Assembly: GCF_003991155.1 (NCBI RefSeq)
Contig: NZ_CP031293.1
Reading direction: 5' to 3' (one strand)
DNA: 64,000 nucleotides
Source: Escherichia coli
GTDB lineage: Bacteria; Pseudomonadota; Gammaproteobacteria; Enterobacterales; Enterobacteriaceae
Shown: in pieces, positions 11,943 to 19,613 of the stretch
Position numbering within the stretch: the first letter of the stretch is position 1
Layout of the letters: each line of letters starts with the position of its first letter
Made by a program: the position numbers and the translations under genes
Notes under the pieces: model-generated
Told to the model about the DNA's origin: nothing
The model's input: only the letters and a program-made list of their open reading frames with translations
Databases searched by the model: none

Positions 11943-12833
11943 ATGCGTAAGTTCATTTTCGTATTGCTGACACTGCTTTTGGTCAGCCCTTTTTCCTTTG
12001 CGATGAAAGGTATTATCTGGCAACCACAAAACCGTGATAGTCAGGTTACCGATACCCAGTGGCAGGGGCTGATGAGTCAGTTACGTTTGCAAGGCTTCGA
12101 TACCCTGGTTTTGCAATGGACTCGTTACGGCGATGCATTCACCCAGCCAGAACAGCGCGCGTTATTGTTTAAGCGTGCCGCAGCTGCGCAACAGGCTGGC
12201 CTGAAGCTGATTGTCGGGCTGAATGCCGATCCGGAATTTTTTATGCACCAGAAACAGTCGTCTGCAGCGCTGGAAAGCTATCTTAACCGCCTGCTGGCTG
12301 CCGATCTCCAGCAAGCCAGATTATGGAGCGCCGTACCTGGCGTAACGCCGGATGGCTGGTACATCAGCGCGGAAATTGACGACCTGAACTGGCGCAGCGA
12401 AGCCGCCCGTCAGCCTTTGCTAACATGGTTAAACAACGCGCAGCGGTTGATTAGCGATGTTTCAGCAAAACCGGTTTATATCAGTAGTTTTTTCGCCGGA
12501 AACATGTCGCCCGATGGCTATCGCCAACTGCTGGAACACGTTAAAGCAACCGGCGTTAATGTCTGGGTACAGGATGGCAGCGGCGTGGATAAACTGACCG
12601 CTGAACAGCGTGAACGTTATCTACAGGCCAGCGCCGATTGCCAAAGCTCCGCCCCAGCAAGCGGCATTGTTTATGAACTGTTTGTCGCCGGCAAAGGCAA
12701 AACCTTTACAGCGAAACCGAAACCGGACGCAGAAATTGCCTCGCTGTTAGCGAAACGTTCCTCTTGCGGTAAAGACACGCTCTATTTCTCTCTGCGCTAT
12801 TTGCCCGTCGCGCACGGCATTCTCGAGTATTAA
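11943..12833 (+). CDS. ybcH: YbcH family protein (DUF4434-like)
   Basis: 296-aa ORF MRKFIFVLLTLLLVSPFSFA...; ATG abuts the nfrA stop. Confidence 0.85.
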   Translation: MRKFIFVLLTLLLVSPFSFAMKGIIWQPQNRDSQVTDTQWQGLMSQLRLQGFDTLVLQWTRYGDAFTQPEQRALLFKRAAAAQQAGLKLIVGLNADPEFFMHQKQSSAALESYLNRLLAADLQQARLWSAVPGVTPDGWYISAEIDDLNWRSEAARQPLLTWLNNAQRLISDVSAKPVYISSFFAGNMSPDGYRQLLEHVKATGVNVWVQDGSGVDKLTAEQRERYLQASADCQSSAPASGIVYELFVAGKGKTFTAKPKPDAEIASLLAKRSSCGKDTLYFSLRYLPVAHGILEY

Positions 12834-13015
12834 ATCTCCTCCAGGTAAGTCGGGTACGACCTGGCTTACCTCTTTCGCTCTCGTCAGAATTCCATCAAGA
12901 TTAATTGCTAAAAAGCGTGCTAAAGAAAGAAGATCGTTATCGGCGAACGGGCCGATCACTCATGCAGGAAGCATAGATCCTTTGAGCGGAGTTTCTGATA
13001 TCTGAGGAGTGCGAA

Positions 13016-13777
13016 ATGCAATTGAGCAGCAGTGAACCTTGCGTGGTGATCCTGACCGAAAAAGAGGTAGAGGTAAGCGTCAATAACCATGCTACGTTTA
13101 CCCTTCCGAAAAACTACCTGGCCGCCTTCGCGTGCAACAATAACGTCATTGAACTCTCAACGTTAAATCACGTATTAATCACCCACATCAACCGTAACAT
13201 CATCAACGATTATCTGTTGTTTTTAAATAAGAACTTAACCTGTATAAAGCCCTGGTCGCGGCTGGCAACCCCGGTTATCGCTTGTCATAGCCGTACACCG
13301 GAAGTGTTCCGGCTAGCCGCCAACCACAGCAAGCAGCAACCCAGCAAACCCTGCGAAGCGGAGTTGACGCGCGCATTGCTTTTTACCGTATTGTCTAACT
13401 TTCTTGAGCAATCGCGGTTTATTGCCCTACTGATGTATATCTTACGCAGCAGCGTCCGCGACAGCGTCTGCCGCATTATTCAAAGCGATATTCAGCATTA
13501 CTGGAATCTGCGAATTGTCGCCAGTTCGCTATGTTTAAGCCCCAGCCTGCTCAAAAAGAAATTAAAAAACGAAAATACCAGCTATAGCCAGATTGTCACA
13601 GAGTGTCGTATGCGTTACGCCGTACAGATGTTATTGATGGATAACAAAAATATCACTCAGGTAGCGCAATTATGTGGCTATAGCAGCACGTCGTACTTTA
13701 TCTCTGTTTTTAAGGCGTTTTACGGCCTGACACCGTTGAATTATCTCGCCAAACAGCGACAAAAAGTGATGTGGTGA
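13016..13777 (+). CDS. envY: EnvY AraC-family transcriptional regulator
   Basis: 253-aa ORF with C-terminal AraC HTH (…VAQLCGYSSTSYFISVFKAFYGLTP). Confidence 0.85.
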   Translation: MQLSSSEPCVVILTEKEVEVSVNNHATFTLPKNYLAAFACNNNVIELSTLNHVLITHINRNIINDYLLFLNKNLTCIKPWSRLATPVIACHSRTPEVFRLAANHSKQQPSKPCEAELTRALLFTVLSNFLEQSRFIALLMYILRSSVRDSVCRIIQSDIQHYWNLRIVASSLCLSPSLLKKKLKNENTSYSQIVTECRMRYAVQMLLMDNKNITQVAQLCGYSSTSYFISVFKAFYGLTPLNYLAKQRQKVMW

Positions 13778-13822
13778 AGGGCAAAGCGGAAACGGATAAG
13801 ACGGGGATAAATGAAGAAGAAA

Positions 13823-13867
13823 TGGCGCGCCCTGCAGGATTCGAACCTGCGGCCCACGACTTAGAAG
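13823..13867. repeat. attR core: 45-bp duplicate of the argU 3' end
   Basis: TGGCGCGCCCTGCAGGATTCGAACCTGCGGCCCACGACTTAGAAG matches 62547-62591; sequence diverges after 13867. Confidence 0.9.
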
Positions 13868-14289
13868 TTCCTAGAACGACATTTTAAGTCAACAACTTAC
13901 CGCGCCATCTCTGCGCTCACACGTCCCACTACCTCAAAACATGTAAAGCCTTGCAAGCCATTGTGAGGCCTTATGTGTCTCAGTTTTGTCCCTCTTTTTT
14001 GTACCAAAAAACATAGCAATTGAGGATAAACCTCATGCTATTTTCGCTTATATGCCTCTAAAGGCATGGCGCTTAAATAGATAAAAACACCACAAAAGCA
14101 TAAAAAACCACACAGTAAAACCGCAACATAAAACAATAACAGATAATTAAACCAAAAACAGATAGCGCATTGTGATAATCATTCAATACTAAACAAAATA
14201 TAAACAGTGGAGCAATATGTAATTGACTCATTAAGTTAGATATAAAAAATACATATTCAATCATTAAAACGATTGAATGGAGAACTTTT

Positions 14290-15243
14290 ATGCGGGCGAA
14301 ACTTCTGGGAATAGTCCTGACAACCCCTATTGCGATCAGCTCTTTTGCTTCTACCGAGACTATATCGTTTACTCCTGACAACATAAATGCGGGCATTAGT
14401 CTTGGAACTCTGAGCGGAAAAACAAAAGAGCGCGTTTATCTAGCTGAAGAAGGAGGCCGAAAAGTCAGTCAACTCGACTGGAAATTCAATAACGCTGCAA
14501 TTATTAAAGGTGCAATTAATTGGGATTTGATGCCCCAGATATCTATTGGGGCTGCGGGCTGGACTACTCTCGGCAGCCGAGGTGGCAATATGGTCGATCA
14601 GGACTGGATGGATTCCAGTAACCCCGGAACCTGGACAGATGAAAGTAGGCACCCTGATACACAACTCAATTATGCCAACGAATTTGATCTGAATATCAAA
14701 GGCTGGCTCCTCAACGAACCCAATTACCGCCTGGGACTCATGGCCGGATATCAGGAAAGCCGTTATAGCTTTACAGCCAGAGGTGGTTCCTATATCTACA
14801 GTTCTGAGGAGGGATTCAGAGATGATATCGGCTCCTTCCCGAATGGAGAAAGAGCAATCGGCTACAAACAACGTTTTAAAATGCCCTACATTGGCTTGAC
14901 TGGAAGTTATCGTTATGAAGATTTTGAGCTAGGTGGCACATTTAAATACAGCGGCTGGGTGGAAGCATCTGATAACGATGAGCACTATGACCCAGGAAAA
15001 AGAATCACTTATCGCAGTAAAGTCAAAGACCAAAATTACTATTCTGTTGCAGTCAATGCAGGTTATTACGTAACACCTAACGCAAAAGTTTATGTTGAAG
15101 GCGCATGGAATCGGGTTACGAATAAAAAAGGTAATACTTCACTTTATGATCACAATGATAACACTTCAGACTACAGCAAAAATGGTGCAGGCATAGAAAA
15201 CTATAACTTCATCACTACTGCTGGTCTTAAGTACACCTTTTAA
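14290..15243 (+). CDS. ompT: OmpT outer-membrane protease (omptin)
   Basis: 317-aa ORF MRAKLLGIVLTTPIAISSFASTETISFTPDNIN... Confidence 0.95.
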   Translation: MRAKLLGIVLTTPIAISSFASTETISFTPDNINAGISLGTLSGKTKERVYLAEEGGRKVSQLDWKFNNAAIIKGAINWDLMPQISIGAAGWTTLGSRGGNMVDQDWMDSSNPGTWTDESRHPDTQLNYANEFDLNIKGWLLNEPNYRLGLMAGYQESRYSFTARGGSYIYSSEEGFRDDIGSFPNGERAIGYKQRFKMPYIGLTGSYRYEDFELGGTFKYSGWVEASDNDEHYDPGKRITYRSKVKDQNYYSVAVNAGYYVTPNAKVYVEGAWNRVTNKKGNTSLYDHNDNTSDYSKNGAGIENYNFITTAGLKYTF

Positions 15244-15429
15244 CGAAGTTAACCAGATTTTCTCCCCGGTGGTATTGTATAACCCCGGGGAATTTGTTTA
15301 CAGTTACAAGTAGACAATATCCACTAATTTTGTAAGCATTTAACCTATGTCATAACGTGTAATCTCTTACCGCAACACAAGACCTCAATATATTCAAATC
15401 TTATCTTTATTCCGATATTCAGAGACACA

Positions 15430-16914
15430 ATGCGAAAAATAATTACTCATTTCAAAGTTGTTTTAACGTTACTTCTACCAGTAACCGTATCTGCCCAGCA
15501 GATACAGTGGCAATCCTGTATGGCCAGTCAATTCAACCACTGGTTTGGTGAGGAAAAACCGTCTCCTGACTTACTATGTGGTTATTTGTCTGTTCCATTA
15601 AAATATACAGACACAGGCGGAGATGCTTCTTATGAAAAAAAATCACAAGTCAAACTAGCGTTGACAAAATTGCCGGCAAAAAGCAAGCATAAAGGAAGTA
15701 TCCTGATAATAAGTGGTGGTCCCGGGTTACCAGGCATAAATCCTTATATTAACTTTGACTGGCCAGTCACAAATCTTCGTGAGTCATGGGATATTATTGG
15801 ATTTGATCCTCGAGGCGTCGGACAGTCCACTCCGACAATAAACTGCCGGCAATCAGATACAGAGACTCAGGAAAACATAACCGAAAAGCAACAAGTATTA
15901 AATAAAATTAATGCCTGTATCCATAATACCGGAGCCGAAGTCATTCGCCATATCGGCTCTAACGAGGCTGTATACGATATTGATCGTATTAGGCAAGCCT
16001 TGGGGGATAAACAACTGACAGCCGTGGCGTATTCGTATGGAACTCAAATTGCAGCCTTATATGCAGAACGTTTTCCCTACAACGTAAGATCTATCGTTCT
16101 TGATGGAGTCGTCGATATCGATGACCTGGAGGACAACTTCACATGGCAACTCAAACAGGCACAGAGTTATCAGGAAACGTTTGATCGCTTTGCATCCTGG
16201 TGTGCGCGTACAAAAAGTTGCCCGCTTTCTTCAGACAGAGATAAGGCAATAACTCAGTTCCATGAGCTATTATCAAAATTACATCACAAACCTTTATTAG
16301 ACAGTAAGGGAGAAAATATATCTTCAGATGAACTCATATCATTAACAACAGACCTTCTGCTATGGCGTTCATCATGGCCAACCCTTGCAACTGCCATACG
16401 CCAGTTCTCTCAGGGGATTGTCAGTAATGAAATTGAAACTGCGCTCAGTGCTCCGATAGCCTCAGAAGAGTCAAGCGATGCTTCGGGGGTAATCCTCTGT
16501 GTAGATCAGGGGGATGAGCAATTAACACCAGAAGAGCGAAAATCCCGAAAAGACGCTCTTGCGAATGCCTTCCCGGCTATTAACTTTGACAATGGACGTT
16601 CCGATTCACCTGATTTTTGTGAATTATGGCCAATACATAGCGACCTGAACAAAACTCGCCTGAAAAATACTGTTCTGCCCTCTGGTTTACTGTTTGTAGC
16701 ACACAAATACGACCCAACAACGCCCTGGATTAATGCCCGTAAGATGGCAGAGAAATTTTCCAGCCCGTTACTAACAATAAATGGTGATGGGCATACATTA
16801 GCTCTCACCGGAGTTAATTTATGTGTAGATAAAGCAGTTGTACATCACCTGATCACTCCACAAAAAATAGAAAATATATACTGCCCAGGAAATTCTGAAG
16901 CAGAAATACAATAA
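15430..16914 (+). CDS. Secreted alpha/beta-hydrolase, S33 (tripeptidyl aminopeptidase-like) family
   Basis: 494-aa ORF with signal peptide MRKIITHFKVVLTLLLPVTVSA; nucleophile elbow AYSYGTQ (GxSxG). Confidence 0.7.
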   Translation: MRKIITHFKVVLTLLLPVTVSAQQIQWQSCMASQFNHWFGEEKPSPDLLCGYLSVPLKYTDTGGDASYEKKSQVKLALTKLPAKSKHKGSILIISGGPGLPGINPYINFDWPVTNLRESWDIIGFDPRGVGQSTPTINCRQSDTETQENITEKQQVLNKINACIHNTGAEVIRHIGSNEAVYDIDRIRQALGDKQLTAVAYSYGTQIAALYAERFPYNVRSIVLDGVVDIDDLEDNFTWQLKQAQSYQETFDRFASWCARTKSCPLSSDRDKAITQFHELLSKLHHKPLLDSKGENISSDELISLTTDLLLWRSSWPTLATAIRQFSQGIVSNEIETALSAPIASEESSDASGVILCVDQGDEQLTPEERKSRKDALANAFPAINFDNGRSDSPDFCELWPIHSDLNKTRLKNTVLPSGLLFVAHKYDPTTPWINARKMAEKFSSPLLTINGDGHTLALTGVNLCVDKAVVHHLITPQKIENIYCPGNSEAEIQ

Positions 16915-16926
16915 TTTCAAAATATT

Positions 16927-16976
16927 CCGCTATTTGCTCCCAATGCAAAACATATATTGCATTGGGAGCATATTCA
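16927..16976 (+). terminator. Rho-independent terminator after the hydrolase gene
   Basis: Inverted repeat GCTCCCAATGCAA...TTGCATTGGGAGC followed by a T-rich tract. Confidence 0.5.
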
Positions 16977-17180
16977 TATTTTTGTTATTCTTGTATGAAA
17001 TCGTCTCATGTACACGGTCCTTTTTTCGCCGAAAACTGATATTACTTTAATCAAAAGTTGACGTGCCAGATTCGAAGTAAATTTATAAAATATCAAATCA
17101 ATATACATTTTGCACCTTCGAGATAGTAATTGCTGTTACTGTAACATGAGTTACAAACAGCTTCATACCCAGAGCTACTG

Positions 17181-17400
17181 ATGTATCAACACGATTCAAC
17201 AATACCCGATATTTATTCCATGCCTCCAGCAACGATCTTTCTTCCTCCGTTGCGATTTCCCAGCATCCTGCAGTGGCGCAATATACTCACTGAATTCCTG
17301 GATGTAGAACTGTGTGGTGACGGTCTTCCAGCCATTCGGCTCCTGCTGTATCGAAGCATACCAGGCTATTTCAATATCGCTATGCTGCGGCAGCATTTAA
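17181..17400 (-). pseudogene. tfa: Tail fibre assembly (Tfa) 3' remnant, frameshifted
   Basis: Minus-strand frames read ...EYIAPLQDA and [27 protein letters not shown] in different frames; no N-terminus. Confidence 0.65.
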
Positions 17401-17452
17401 CCCCTTGTAATTCATCGCCATAATTGATTTAATTCACAAATAAAACTATAAC

Positions 17453-18121
17453 ATGGTGAAATTAATGAAAAAAAACACAGATGATGGGGCTAAAATTTAC
17501 ACACCACTTACCCTAAAGCTTTATGACTGGTGGGTTTTGGGAGTATCAAATCGGCTTGCATGGGGATGTCCTACAAAGGAACACCTTCTTCCACACTTTC
17601 TGGAACATTTAGGTAACAACCATCTGGATATTGGTGTTGGAACTGGGTTTTACCTTACTCACGTACCTGAGAGCAGTCTGATATCTTTAATGGATTTGAA
17701 CGAAGCTAGCCTGAACGCGGCATCTACAAGGGCTGGGGAATCAAAAATTAAACATAAAATTAGCCATGATGTTTTTGAACCTTATCCCGCGGCGTTACAT
17801 GGTCAATTTGATTCCATTTCCATGTTTTACCTTCTTCACTGCCTGCCTGGAAATATATCTACAAAAAGCTGTGTAATACGCAATGCGGCGCAGGCCTTAA
17901 CTGACGATGGAACTCTATACGGAGCCACAATTCTTGGCGATGGAGTTGTGCACAATAGCTTCGGTCAAAAACTGATGCGCATTTACAATCAGAAAGGCAT
18001 CTTTTCAAACACAAAAGATTCCGAAGAAGGCTTAACACATATACTCTCAGAGCATTTCGAGAATGTTAAAACCAAGGTTCAAGGTACTGTAGTAATGTTT
18101 TCCGCTTCAGGGAAAAAATAG
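17453..18121 (+). CDS. ybcY: Class I SAM-dependent methyltransferase (YbcY-like)
   Basis: 222-aa ORF with motif I LDIGVGTGFY; sits between tfa remnants as ybcY does in DLP12. Confidence 0.7.
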   Translation: MVKLMKKNTDDGAKIYTPLTLKLYDWWVLGVSNRLAWGCPTKEHLLPHFLEHLGNNHLDIGVGTGFYLTHVPESSLISLMDLNEASLNAASTRAGESKIKHKISHDVFEPYPAALHGQFDSISMFYLLHCLPGNISTKSCVIRNAAQALTDDGTLYGATILGDGVVHNSFGQKLMRIYNQKGIFSNTKDSEEGLTHILSEHFENVKTKVQGTVVMFSASGKK

Positions 18122-18222
18122 CATCCAACCGCAGCACGTTCTTGCTTAAGACGTGCTGCGGCATAATCCCAATGATTACTCCCTGACAGGGTTCGTAGGC
18201 CACTCAATATCAGGTGCAGTTG

Positions 18223-18300
18223 ATGTATCAACACGGTTCAGCAACACCCGATACTTCTTCCAGGCTTCCAGCAACGAGGTTTCTTCCTCCGTTGCATATA
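18223..18300 (-). pseudogene. tfa: Tail fibre assembly (Tfa) C-terminal remnant, second copy
   Basis: Minus-strand frame reads [25 protein letters not shown]; direct-repeat homolog of 17181-17260. Confidence 0.6.
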
Positions 18301-18313
18301 CAGCTCACTTTTT

Positions 18314-18607
18314 TCACCCACGATTAACCAACAGCCAGACCAGCAGACACGCCACCACCGGCACAGCAAAATCCATCAGACTTGCTACATCCCACGCGCG
18401 CGGATCAAAACCGCCCCACCACGGCATATTCATTCGCTTGCCATGCCCGAACATTTCAATCCAGCGATATTCTGCCTGGGTGTGTTCACGCGCAATGAAG
18501 AACGTACAACCGGCTATCGCCCCGTAAACCCAGTTTCCGGTAAAAAGACCAATCAGTACCTGCGCAGCCACAGCACAAAGCGCATGAAGAAAAGGTGTTA
18601 TATCCAT
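18314..18607 (-). CDS. Small hydrophobic protein of unknown function
   Basis: 97-aa ORF MDITPFLHALCAVAAQVLIGLF... with predicted TM helices; same strand as tail genes. Confidence 0.35.
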   Translation of the reverse strand: MDITPFLHALCAVAAQVLIGLFTGNWVYGAIAGCTFFIAREHTQAEYRWIEMFGHGKRMNMPWWGGFDPRAWDVASLMDFAVPVVACLLVWLLVNRG

Positions 18608-18617
18608 TACTCCTCCT

Positions 18618-19322
18618 TTATCTAATATCGCTTCGGGAAGTTAATAACAACTTTAATTCTGACTCAAGTTCATCAACTCTTTCAGTCAGTTTCTGGATAT
18701 GGTGAATCAGTGGAACAACCAGACGTTCGTACATTACACCTTCGGCAACAAGGCCATTGCTGGAAATAGCTTCAGGAGCATCATCTTCGTTAGCTGGTCG
18801 CCAGTGTACAAACTGAGGAGCAATTTCTCCTACTTCCTCGGCAATCAATCCGTAGAATCCCCAGTCACGCCTGTCATTTTCGCATTGCGACCTGTACCAC
18901 ACAGGGCGCATCCTGAAAATGAGATCGGCGTGCTCTGAATCTATTGTCTCTACTGAATGTTTATAGCGGATAGACGATGTTGACCGCAGCACAGACGAAA
19001 TTGCAGGGTCAGGATTAAGATAAAGGTTTGCCGCCGCTGTAGTCGTGGCCAAATTCCATAAATAAAACGCTTCACGACCTGTCAGTGGATAAAAATCTCC
19101 GCCATAACGACCACTTTCCAGATCGTTCACTTCCACTTTGTTTTTCAGCTTATTATCAACTTCAGTTTTTGTGTATCTGGAGCTGATATCCTGCTTTGCA
19201 CTGGTCATCTCAGTCTGAAGCGTTGATACTTTTCTGCTAATTGATGAAATATCTTCCTTAGCTTTACTGACATCTCCCTTTAGCTTGGTGATATCTCCTG
19301 GAATTACTGTCGATGTAGCCAT
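18618..19322 (-). CDS. Tail-fibre-like protein with coiled coil and C-terminal S74-type intramolecular chaperone domain
   Basis: 234-aa ORF; C-terminal pattern RPVWYR...GFYGLIAEEVGEIAPQFV...LVVPLIHHIQKL resembles S74 chaperone domains. Confidence 0.55.
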   Translation of the reverse strand: MATSTVIPGDITKLKGDVSKAKEDISSISRKVSTLQTEMTSAKQDISSRYTKTEVDNKLKNKVEVNDLESGRYGGDFYPLTGREAFYLWNLATTTAAANLYLNPDPAISSVLRSTSSIRYKHSVETIDSEHADLIFRMRPVWYRSQCENDRRDWGFYGLIAEEVGEIAPQFVHWRPANEDDAPEAISSNGLVAEGVMYERLVVPLIHHIQKLTERVDELESELKLLLTSRSDIR

Positions 19323-19331
19323 TTTTCTGCC

Positions 19332-19613
19332 TCACATCCAGCCACGAAGTTGATGCTCAACAACAACCGCGTATTTATCGAATATTGACGATTTTTTTGC
19401 ATCATTAATGATGCGCACGTTTACAAAATATCCATCTTCCTTAACACATACCGGTTCGCCATCTTCAGTCAGCTCTCCGGTTTCTTTGTACACGTTACCT
19501 ATCACGTCAATAAGAATATCATCCTGCATCGACTCGTCATCATAATAACCAGCACTCTCCATAAAGGTCGAAAAGTCGGCCCTGTCGGCAAATTTGAGTG
19601 TTAAATCTTTCAT
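19332..19613 (-). CDS. Hypothetical small phage protein
   Basis: 93-aa ORF directly downstream of stf with overlapping stop/start. Confidence 0.4.
   Translation of the reverse strand: MKDLTLKFADRADFSTFMESAGYYDDESMQDDILIDVIGNVYKETGELTEDGEPVCVKEDGYFVNVRIINDAKKSSIFDKYAVVVEHQLRGWM

Noticed and set aside
13823-13900. Possible second tRNA gene next to envY
   Set aside because: Only the 3' 45 nt of argU are present and the sequence diverges upstream; this is the attR core duplication, not a functional tRNA.
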